Positions 34,915 to 43,464 of a stretch of DNA of 64,000 bases are shown here, one piece after another. The position numbers and the translations under genes were made by a program. Below the pieces are notes generated by a model that did no database searches, was not told the origin of the DNA, and worked only from the letters and a program-made list of their open reading frames with translations. Source of the stretch: a virus; IMG/VR virus record IMGVR_UViG_3300045988_134109, positions 1 through 64,000 of that record; one strand, given 5' to 3'. How positions within the stretch are numbered: the stretch's first letter is position 1; the number at the start of each line of letters is the position of its first letter.

Positions 34915-35305
34915 CTACATATCCATTTTGACCATTTTTAAATAAATAGCTATTAGCTTTATTAAAAGCGTAATCTGTATTACTGGTATCATATTCAAGA
35001 TACGCATTCTGATTTTCACGCCCCCAATAATCCTTTTTAATAGTTCCCATATGAGAACTATCTTGTGCAAATATATTGTCTATTTCTCCATCCTTACCCC
35101 AACGAAATGTGCCAATATATTCGGTGGCTATAACAAAACACACTTTATCTACAAGAGCTATTCCATTGCATAGATCATTGGAATATCCTTTATTAGACCA
35201 ATTTTCTTTTGTATATAATCCTCCATCTACATGTTGGATGTATATGCCTTTATTGATTATAAGCGAGGGATTTACCCCCATCCCTATTTGAAATCTTCGT
35301 CTCAT
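34874..35305 (-). CDS. MRRRF-family small protein 2 (143 aa from the ATG at 35305)
   Basis: the track start at 35392 is TTG; the ATG at 35305 gives MRRRFQIGMGVNPS; the C-terminal ...KNGQNGYVGGAGEFFF aligns with paralog 3 (...NNSGNAIKLNGEFG). Confidence 0.55.
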   Translation of the reverse strand: MRRRFQIGMGVNPSLIINKGIYIQHVDGGLYTKENWSNKGYSNDLCNGIALVDKVCFVIATEYIGTFRWGKDGEIDNIFAQDSSHMGTIKKDYWGRENQNAYLEYDTSNTDYAFNKANSYLFKNGQNGYVGGAGEFFFDIIVC

Positions 35306-35348
35306 GATTTTTGTTTGCAAGATAGCAATAATTGACAACATAAAAGAA

Positions 35349-35383
35349 ACCGGTTCTCTATCATCTCTGACTGAGAACCGGTA
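35349..35383 (-). terminator. 10-bp perfect hairpin (ACCGGTTCTC/GAGAACCGGT) followed by a U-rich stretch on the minus strand; terminator after the 2148-aa gene
   Basis: the minus-strand RNA reads hairpin then UUCUUUUAUG; located between the 2148-aa gene and MRRRF-2. Confidence 0.5.
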
Positions 35384-35517
35384 AGAAAACAATTTTAGAA
35401 AAAATTAAACCTACATAATCTTTCAAGTAAGAACAAAAACGTATAGTCTACTCTTTGACGATGCTAATATAACATATTGGAATCATACAAAAACAATGCA
35501 AGTCCGGTATTCTTCGT

Positions 35518-38500
35518 CTATTTGTAACTAACATCATCGTCTCCTTCCGAATCAGGAGTAGCGCCGATGAAGAACATCATTGACTTGTTGTTCGTCTGCT
35601 GCCACCAATTATAGGCGCGCGCTACGTCTTCCGGCGTCTTGATATTATACCATTGTTTGATAAACGTCTGTTTGGCGAGTTGCCTAAATAACTTAGACTC
35701 TCCTTTGTATGTGCCGGATGTTACTTTATCAAGTGAGTAATTCCTAAGATCAGTAAGATCCTTCAACTTCCGCCCCATGACAAACGGGTCGTTAATGATA
35801 TCTACCACGTTAAGCTCCATAATAAACGGCATCTGTGAAGCTATTTCGTTTATGGTTCTGAATCCGACATAGGATCCAAATTGAGTAAGCCAACTTTCTT
35901 CGTTTTCATCATCATCACGCCATCCGGCAAGAAGCATAGATACGGCTTGCATGATAAGAAACGTGCCGGCATAGACACTGAGGCGTTTGAGATTAGTTTT
36001 TTCTACCTCATTCATATTGTCTTTATTTTCGTTCCAGGCATCTATGATGTTTTTCATACCAGACTCGGAAGCCAGGCTAAATGTTTTGGCTATCATATTC
36101 TTTAACGTAATTGACAACCCTTCCTCTTCTTGCATTGTCTGGAAATTGAAGCCACGTCTTTTCCACAGACGTTGAGCTGCCAGCACCAGCCAGCCTCGGT
36201 GGGCGGTCATGAACCTGGCTATCCAGTTGCGCGATGCGGCAGTTCGGTTTTCTTCATTCAAAGATCCGTTACATATCTGCGACAAGCTACGGACTTGATT
36301 CCTGGTTATAGCCATCTGGGTTTCAACTTCCTCAACAGTAACACCCGATCCCGGCTTTACAACCACCTTTCCATCCACGACGTCTACCATACTCCATAAA
36401 GTACGATCTTTTAATGCGTTCCATTCTCTTTTTATGGTACTCTGTTCTTTATTGCGTTCTTTTTCCATCTTGAAATCTTGGAACGTGTAGAACCGGCCTT
36501 TGTAATAACGAACATTGTCCATAGTAGCAATCATAACCTGCGGATCAAGAGGGTAGTTCAGGATTTCCATAAAAGCATACATCGGTGAACGCATTAAGGT
36601 CCTGGCCACTCTATTGTATCCGGCACCATACATACGATTTCGGATATTGAATATCCCCATTCTCTCACCTATGACATATAATTTGCTTTTCCTATCTATG
36701 TCTCCGGTTTCTGCTATACAAGATGGCGCAAGGCGTGAAAACTCAGCCGATGCGTATCTAAGGGAATCTTTACTTATATACTGTCCTACGGCAGATTCCA
36801 TGATGAGGTTGATGTGGCCGGTAAGGGCGCCGGTAGCTGCCACAAACGGGGACAGCGCCAGGTTCATGACCGACATAAATCTTTCAACGGCCATCATTAT
36901 CCTGGTAAGGTCTACTGTGTACCCACCGATGTTTACCGTCAGTTTTTTGGTGTTCATTCTAATGCCATAATAATGGTCATTGAAGAAGTCTCTAAACATC
37001 TGATATGCTTGAGTTGCTTCAGCTTTCTTCCCGCCTTCAAATTGCTTATTCAGCAACATCTGCTCCAGCCCTTGTGCAAGCTCTATAGATTTCTGCTTTT
37101 CGTTGTATAATGATGACTGCATCATAAGCATCGAATAAGAGTAGCCAAAATCGTGAGATACGTCATCTTGGTTCTCTAATTCATATATGTAGTATTTAGG
37201 TATGGACCGAACCCTATCTTCCGGATCATATACCTCACCCTGGCGTGTTTTACCATACAGGGAGTCATCTACGCGGTCAAGACATAAATCGGATACGAAG
37301 TTCCTGACCGTACTTTTAAGGCTGATACCCAATCCTTCTACACGTTCTATATCTTGTTTGGATATCTGTGGAATAGCATACAGATTAGGGCTCTGCTCTT
37401 TATATAGATCAAGGGATTGTCTTTTTATTTCCTTGAGTTTTTGAATCATATTCCACTGCTCTACGTTTTTAGTAGCGACCTCATTACCATCAGCATCATA
37501 CTTAATGCCGAAGTCGTTGAAATACGATTCATCACGATACAGGCTCTTCTTGGGCATACGATGACCATACCCATGATCTTTTACATAATCAGGGTTACGA
37601 CCGCTATTTTCGGCCTCAGATTCAGCCACCCACGCTCTTGCAGGGTCGAAAGAAAGGTACGATATGTCCATACCATAATCTTGTGTGGAAGTCCCATTCT
37701 GTACGTCCTTAACCATCTGCGCTACATCTATCTCACCTCGACCGATTTTGTCGATCATAGCCGCATATCCGGTAGGCGCCATGCGTTTATAGTACGAAAA
37801 GACCTGGCTCCTGGCAAATTCATTAACAATAGCATTAGCTTCTTCTATGCCCGCTTTTATGTCAGCTTCTATACCCTCTTCCCTTGTATTATTTAAAAAT
37901 AAGCTGGCCATCTTAGCATTAACAGCATTCCTAAAATCTCTACCGTCTAATTCTTTGCTTATACCAAGCTTTTCTGACAGGTAGTTGGTTTCAGATACGG
38001 TAAACAGATATCGGTTATCAGCAGCCTTAAACAGCTTATCCCTTAAAGCCTGAATCCTTTTTGCTTTCTTCGCCGTAGTATGACGTTGTACGAACTTCCA
38101 TTCCACTTCCTTAGAGTCAGCAAGAGCATTTAAATAAGACTGATTGACTTCGTTTTCAGCCTTACTGCTTTTAGTAAGGTATTTATCAATATCTTCAAGA
38201 CCCACCATCTTAGCATAATCTATCAAAATAGCGTAATCGGTTTCAATAGCTTCGGATGCGGCCCTAAAAGCATCTCTTTCAGATGAGGTAAATGTCGCTT
38301 CATTGATTTCTCCGATGTCAGCCACGTCACGGTTGTTGCCGATTATTTCCTTGATAATGGCCTTATTTTTTTCTATATCTTTTACAATGGAATCCACGTC
38401 AGTCGCATCTCTATCACTTGTCGTAGAACTAATGATGTCTTGTGCCATTTTGAGATACGAAGCCTTGTTATTTGATTCGGTACGTGCCGACTGTTCCGAT

Positions 38501-41500
38501 TCTATGTCATTCCAAAACCGATCGTTAAATGACAGGTGCCCTCCCAACATAAGTGTCTTCAGCGCAGCTTCTCCTCCTGACTCGATTTGAATCGTTCTCA
38601 ATTTTTGTAAAAACGATTCTGATACGGCATTAGTGACATTATTTGATTCTTTTCTCCAAACTTCATTTATGGCTTGTATTTCTTTAGCCATCTTAAGCTG
38701 GTCTCCGGTTTTTTCAACACGTCTGGTACCAACATATATGTATTCCGAAGCTGCTTCCTTACGTTGTTTACGAAGCAGTCCTTCTTCTTCGTAGTTACTA
38801 CTCTTATAGTAGGCAACCTCATCAAAATTACCACCGCTATCAATAAAAGGCTGCCTCAATATCCGTTTTTGCCGGGAAAGAGCATTAAGGTATTCTTTAG
38901 TTGTTTGAGAAACCGGATGCCCTAATTCTTCTTCGGCCTTTTTGTATATGGATTCCATTCTTGTGGCATAACTTTCACTAAATTCCAATTCTGAATTTTC
39001 AGCATCCCACTTTTCCATCTGCTCCGTATAGATCTTTTCCTGCTCGATGGTAAAAATATCGGTATTAACCCTATCGGACGATGGTTTAAATTTAGCGTTT
39101 TCAGTAACCGTATTTCCGTCCTTGTCAACTACTTCTCTTTTAAATACGTAATTACGATTATTATCAACCACATCATTGATTTCTTCTTCTGATATTTCTA
39201 TGTTCATGGCAGTCGCGAACGCACGCATCTGTGCCAGTTTCTTATTACGATCGTATTTAGCCATATCAAGAGCACTACGAAGGTAATTAGAAGTTTTGCC
39301 GTCTACTTTCTGAAGCAGTTTTTCAAATTCAGATTTGTTAAAACCATGCTTTTTAGCATATGCCAGGAAGTCGGATATGGCGGGCTGGGCATTCACCATC
39401 GCATTGTAATTGTCTTTGGCAATCATAGCTCCAAGAGCGTTATTGAACGGACTGGAAGAATGCTCTAATATACCGAACCACCTACTTATCCAAGAAACAT
39501 CGTGTTGAACCTTGTCAAAAAATTCTTTTACTCTCTTTACCTTATCTGCCGGCACATGAAGTTCGTTCATTAACTTATCAAGCAACGTACTTTCATCAAG
39601 GTCTTGTACTGATTTAATATCAGACTGAATACCATTGATGTCGGCAATGACGGTATTGATCCTATTTGTATAATCCTGCTTTTCACGTTCATCAAATTCG
39701 GTACTTCTGTTACGGATATATCCTCGAAGATCGTTCATGATCGGAAGAACCTGATTGTTGATAATATCTACGTTCTTTCGATCATTGGTATTGAAGTGAA
39801 GCTTACCATCTTTGGTATCACCATGAAGGATGGTGTTCACCACATTGCTTAAGTATCTGACCTGAGCTTCGGCTGTAGAGATCATGCTATTCATGGCAGC
39901 CGCCATCTCATTCTTGTCTATTTCGGTCTCTACCTTATTTATCTTATCTTCTATAGTCTTAAGCTGAGCAAGGGTCATAGACGTAGTTACAGCCCTATCA
40001 GAGCTTATCTGACGCAAGTCTCTTAAGGTTTTTCTCAATGCCCGGATCTTAGACTCAAGAAACTTGTTCTTGTTCATAGAAGAAAGGGAGTATAATGTAA
40101 AGTCATTATCCTTTAACAGAGAGGTATCAAATCCTTTATCTATGTCAGTAATGGCAAGATCACGAATGCTTTTAATAACGTTATTCAAATCTTGTCTTTG
40201 GGTTGATAAAGCTGATTTAAGCCAGCTTACGATTCCAGAGAGAAGCTGCCGGACGCGCCCCAGGAAGGAGGTGGGCTCTACCGGCGCCTGTGCTGTTCCG
40301 GTCTGCATCTCCCTGGCGAGGATCTTTCCAAGAATTTCTCTCCTAACAGCATTATCAAGCTCAGCTCCTTCATATACCTTACCGTATGTATTATAATACT
40401 GACCTGCATACTGGTTCCACTCTTCCGTACCTTCTACATCTTGCAGAACAGCCTCAACAGCATTCTGATCTCTGTATGCCTCTACAAGGAAGTGGGCTGT
40501 TTCTTCTACTAAATCAGATAAAGTAGCATCTTCACCAACTGCTATTACGTTATTGGCAATATCCGCCAATGCCTTAGCAGAAGGTTCATGCCCGTATTTG
40601 GTTTGGTACTTCTCTATATAGTCGGTCATACCTATGACACTAACGCCAAGAGTTTTCAGTATCTCGACAATAGAATTTCGTTGATCACGTTCCTGCCTGC
40701 TATAATCTGATACGATCTTAGCTTTAGTATCAGCATAAAGATCGTTGTCTTCTAATATGAATGAAACTACAAGCGCATCAAAATGATCGTACTTGGCGTC
40801 CAATTCATTGTATCTTCCTGACTTAAGATCGTTCTTTATCTGCTCTTTGCTAACCCTTTCCGTTCCTCCGGTAGCGAGCCTCATAGTTACCTTGCTATTA
40901 TCCAACGAGCTTATGGTTATCATACCTTGGTCGTTCATGGAAACATCGGAACCAAAATGATTACGGAGCTCGGTGTAGGATAATGCTGAATTGAAAAGTC
41001 TAATTTGTCCTGTATGTCCTTCTCCTGTAAGATAATAGCTTCTTGTTTCCGAATCGAATATCTTAGATCCTGACAAAAGACCTTTCTTTATAAGGTAGTT
41101 AATTATCCCGCCTTTTGTTGATAAAGAAGTAGAAGCAGACGCGGTCATGACCGGTATAAAAGACTTGGGATTATTAAGAACATACTTTCCAGCCTTGTAT
41201 GTAATGTCTGCCACGCCATCCACGGTAGATTCTTGAACGGTGCCGGATAAGAATCCTATTCTAATATCATTCCCACCAGAACGAAGAGCTTCTCCGTAAT
41301 CTTCAAATAATTGACTACGATCGTTCATAAAAAACAAACGAGGCTCTCCGGTCTGATACGTTACACCCACAGGATTAGGATCTGCCTCCGGTAGCTCTTC
41401 TGGGCTAAATATCTTAAGACCGTCTTTTATAACCATATAATTAGCATCCTTATCCTGTACCATAGATACGGGAGTGAAGTCCGAAGATATAGCATCTTGT

Positions 41501-41964
41501 AGATACTGACCGGCGTCTATTCCAGGTCCTTCCAGCACGGAAATGCTTGACGGAACCATAGCATCCACCAACATAATATTATCACCCAGATCTTGGCTGT
41601 AGAATCCAAAGCCCGATTCTTGAATCCCATAAGGTGCATCTGATTTTGACACAAGAACAGGGTTACTCATCTTAGACGCCTTATCCAGCACCCTTTCTCT
41701 ATAGGATTCCGGAATAAGGCCGATGTTGGATTTTACCTTATTATAAGCCTGTTTATTAACAGGTACATTCCTTCTCCAGTCACCAAAAGCCTTTAAGAAC
41801 TTATTAGAAAATACGGTTTTAAAAACAGTAGTAGCCCGTTCCCTATTCTCCATAAGAGGAATAGATGCTATTTTATCAAACAACATAGACCTGTCCCCTG
41901 ATCTGGTAGAGACAGAAACAACTTTCTTTTTATTATCTCTTTTAATAATACACGTTGATGTCAT
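35518..41964 (-). CDS. giant virion-associated protein (2148 aa), function unknown
   Basis: uninterrupted 6.4-kb ORF with ATG start and TAG stop; largely alpha-helical/coiled-coil composition; no recognisable catalytic motifs. Confidence 0.8.
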   Translation of the reverse strand: MTSTCIIKRDNKKKVVSVSTRSGDRSMLFDKIASIPLMENRERATTVFKTVFSNKFLKAFGDWRRNVPVNKQAYNKVKSNIGLIPESYRERVLDKASKMSNPVLVSKSDAPYGIQESGFGFYSQDLGDNIMLVDAMVPSSISVLEGPGIDAGQYLQDAISSDFTPVSMVQDKDANYMVIKDGLKIFSPEELPEADPNPVGVTYQTGEPRLFFMNDRSQLFEDYGEALRSGGNDIRIGFLSGTVQESTVDGVADITYKAGKYVLNNPKSFIPVMTASASTSLSTKGGIINYLIKKGLLSGSKIFDSETRSYYLTGEGHTGQIRLFNSALSYTELRNHFGSDVSMNDQGMITISSLDNSKVTMRLATGGTERVSKEQIKNDLKSGRYNELDAKYDHFDALVVSFILEDNDLYADTKAKIVSDYSRQERDQRNSIVEILKTLGVSVIGMTDYIEKYQTKYGHEPSAKALADIANNVIAVGEDATLSDLVEETAHFLVEAYRDQNAVEAVLQDVEGTEEWNQYAGQYYNTYGKVYEGAELDNAVRREILGKILAREMQTGTAQAPVEPTSFLGRVRQLLSGIVSWLKSALSTQRQDLNNVIKSIRDLAITDIDKGFDTSLLKDNDFTLYSLSSMNKNKFLESKIRALRKTLRDLRQISSDRAVTTSMTLAQLKTIEDKINKVETEIDKNEMAAAMNSMISTAEAQVRYLSNVVNTILHGDTKDGKLHFNTNDRKNVDIINNQVLPIMNDLRGYIRNRSTEFDEREKQDYTNRINTVIADINGIQSDIKSVQDLDESTLLDKLMNELHVPADKVKRVKEFFDKVQHDVSWISRWFGILEHSSSPFNNALGAMIAKDNYNAMVNAQPAISDFLAYAKKHGFNKSEFEKLLQKVDGKTSNYLRSALDMAKYDRNKKLAQMRAFATAMNIEISEEEINDVVDNNRNYVFKREVVDKDGNTVTENAKFKPSSDRVNTDIFTIEQEKIYTEQMEKWDAENSELEFSESYATRMESIYKKAEEELGHPVSQTTKEYLNALSRQKRILRQPFIDSGGNFDEVAYYKSSNYEEEGLLRKQRKEAASEYIYVGTRRVEKTGDQLKMAKEIQAINEVWRKESNNVTNAVSESFLQKLRTIQIESGGEAALKTLMLGGHLSFNDRFWNDIESEQSARTESNNKASYLKMAQDIISSTTSDRDATDVDSIVKDIEKNKAIIKEIIGNNRDVADIGEINEATFTSSERDAFRAASEAIETDYAILIDYAKMVGLEDIDKYLTKSSKAENEVNQSYLNALADSKEVEWKFVQRHTTAKKAKRIQALRDKLFKAADNRYLFTVSETNYLSEKLGISKELDGRDFRNAVNAKMASLFLNNTREEGIEADIKAGIEEANAIVNEFARSQVFSYYKRMAPTGYAAMIDKIGRGEIDVAQMVKDVQNGTSTQDYGMDISYLSFDPARAWVAESEAENSGRNPDYVKDHGYGHRMPKKSLYRDESYFNDFGIKYDADGNEVATKNVEQWNMIQKLKEIKRQSLDLYKEQSPNLYAIPQISKQDIERVEGLGISLKSTVRNFVSDLCLDRVDDSLYGKTRQGEVYDPEDRVRSIPKYYIYELENQDDVSHDFGYSYSMLMMQSSLYNEKQKSIELAQGLEQMLLNKQFEGGKKAEATQAYQMFRDFFNDHYYGIRMNTKKLTVNIGGYTVDLTRIMMAVERFMSVMNLALSPFVAATGALTGHINLIMESAVGQYISKDSLRYASAEFSRLAPSCIAETGDIDRKSKLYVIGERMGIFNIRNRMYGAGYNRVARTLMRSPMYAFMEILNYPLDPQVMIATMDNVRYYKGRFYTFQDFKMEKERNKEQSTIKREWNALKDRTLWSMVDVVDGKVVVKPGSGVTVEEVETQMAITRNQVRSLSQICNGSLNEENRTAASRNWIARFMTAHRGWLVLAAQRLWKRRGFNFQTMQEEEGLSITLKNMIAKTFSLASESGMKNIIDAWNENKDNMNEVEKTNLKRLSVYAGTFLIMQAVSMLLAGWRDDDENEESWLTQFGSYVGFRTINEIASQMPFIMELNVVDIINDPFVMGRKLKDLTDLRNYSLDKVTSGTYKGESKLFRQLAKQTFIKQWYNIKTPEDVARAYNWWQQTNNKSMMFFIGATPDSEGDDDVSYK

Positions 41965-42105
41965 AGTAAAACATTTTTGTTATAAGACAAAGGTAGTTAA
42001 AAATCAAGCATATCATAAAAAATTAAGCCATCTAACTTCTCAGTCTGATGGCTTAAAAATAATATGAAAAAAAATTATAATCTGACGTAAATCGTCAAGT
42101 TACGC

Positions 42106-42429
42106 TTATGCATTATATTTGTACCCATTTCTATGAATAAACCTTCCAGATTCGAACCTTTCCACATCATCCGGTCCAATAGGTCCGCAGTCTTCCCTCC
42201 TTGCCTCATACCACAGCCCCGGCTTACGGAGCCGGCAGGTTATGACGTATTTAAAGCAGTTGTGAGTAAAATGGAATACGGATCCTACTGGGAAATACCT
42301 GGTAGTTTGAAACACTATTCTTTTTCGTTTAGTATCAAACGTGATATCTCCTACTACCTTAGTCACGTAATAGCTTATGCCATTTAACGTTTCATCTGTC
42401 TGCGGTATCCAATAATAACCTCGTGCCAT
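42106..42429 (-). CDS. hypothetical protein (107 aa)
   Basis: ATG ORF in the island between the giant genes. Confidence 0.45.
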   Translation of the reverse strand: MARGYYWIPQTDETLNGISYYVTKVVGDITFDTKRKRIVFQTTRYFPVGSVFHFTHNCFKYVITCRLRKPGLWYEARREDCGPIGPDDVERFESGRFIHRNGYKYNA

Positions 42430-42458
42430 GCCACAAATATATGAAAAAGTCGGATAAC

Positions 42459-42780
42459 TTACGTACCCGACTTTATTATTTGTTTAAATAGTCCAATTTC
42501 ATCTATTTTTACATGACCGCTTTGCATACGACCATTATTAGGATTGTGTAGAAAATTGAAACCACTTTCTTTTTCCTGTCTTTCAAAAGAACTGATATCC
42601 TTTCCTCTACGAGCTCTTCCAAAAGCTTTCTTGAACAACTTTCCTCTGAAGGTCTTGATGAGGATCTTGGTAGCGTTATTGCCAGCTCTTACCATCGCTT
42701 TCCTTGCCTGGTCCTCCGAGACAAAACTACTTTGGAAAATATACGATGCTGCTGCTTGTATGTCCTGCTTGGTAATCATA
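42459..42780 (-). CDS. basic hypothetical protein (107 aa from the ATG at 42780)
   Basis: the track start at 42833 is TTG inside the IS-derived repeat; the ATG at 42780 is the first nucleotide outside the repeat. Confidence 0.45.
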
Positions 42781-42782
42781 TG

Positions 42783-42915
42783 TTGACATACTCCCATAGC
42801 TAAAGCAAATGGGATTCTTGGATACAAGCGCAAGAAACCCCGATATTACTATCGCTGGAATTACTCTTGCTCTCCAATTTGGAAATGCCCTTCCGAAGTA
42901 TATTACGGGCTGCAA
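42783..42915 (-). repeat. solo 133-bp copy of the IS right end (tnpB 3' end plus RE = omega-RNA scaffold region), no TnpB attached
   Basis: ~90% identical to 28861-28993, starting with the same TTGACATACTCCCATAGCTAAAGCAAATGGGATTCTTGGATACAA. Confidence 0.8.
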
Positions 42916-43042
42916 ATACTTTTTAAAACAAACCAGGGCCCGCATCACTGCGAACCCTGATCTACGCTAATCTAAACTAATACCATGAAAAACTTAAATC
43001 TAAAAACTAAAGAACACACAAATGTATGAAAATGTATGGTTT

Positions 43043-43240
43043 TCACAAAGAATCTGTATCCTGTTCTTTTGTGTGATTCAAGACATGGGATATAGTTCTG
43101 ATACTTAATCCGGTTTGATTTTGTATCAGATTATAAATATAGGATTTTGAAACTACAGTTCTTAATTGACCTAAATCATTCATAATGTTTTTATACATAA
43201 GATGAATGCTGTTATTACGTTTGATGGTACTGATTCTCAT
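43043..43240 (-). CDS. small putative helix-turn-helix DNA-binding protein (65 aa)
   Basis: TGLSIRTISHVLN resembles an HTH recognition helix; followed by a 220-bp AT-rich region. Confidence 0.4.
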   Translation of the reverse strand: MRISTIKRNNSIHLMYKNIMNDLGQLRTVVSKSYIYNLIQNQTGLSIRTISHVLNHTKEQDTDSL

Positions 43241-43464
43241 TTCCTACTGTTATTAGTTACGTTCGGTTCTTACTTTTTCCTTATTCCCATAATCCCTTCC
43301 TGAAACTAATATTGCAAACTTAACAAAAATAATCCATAAACAATGAAAATCTAACTTTTCTTATATGTCATTGATATACGTGCATATATAAGAAAAGTGA
43401 GACTTTCACAAGCTTCACTTCCCAAATTATAACTATGAAAAAACTATATATATGTATATAAAAA

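Noticed and set aside
35881-40396. Numerous 60-160 aa ORFs antisense to the giant minus-strand genes (and the plus-strand ORF 60215-60550)
   Set aside because: They are embedded antisense within long, clearly coding ORFs. They have no RBS and a low-complexity composition. They are typical spurious antisense frames.
35518-41964. crAss-like virion RNA polymerase in the 2148-aa protein
   Set aside because: The only candidate metal-binding motif is YDADGN, which lacks the third Asp of DxDGD. No second double-psi beta-barrel signature is evident. Not supported without a profile search.
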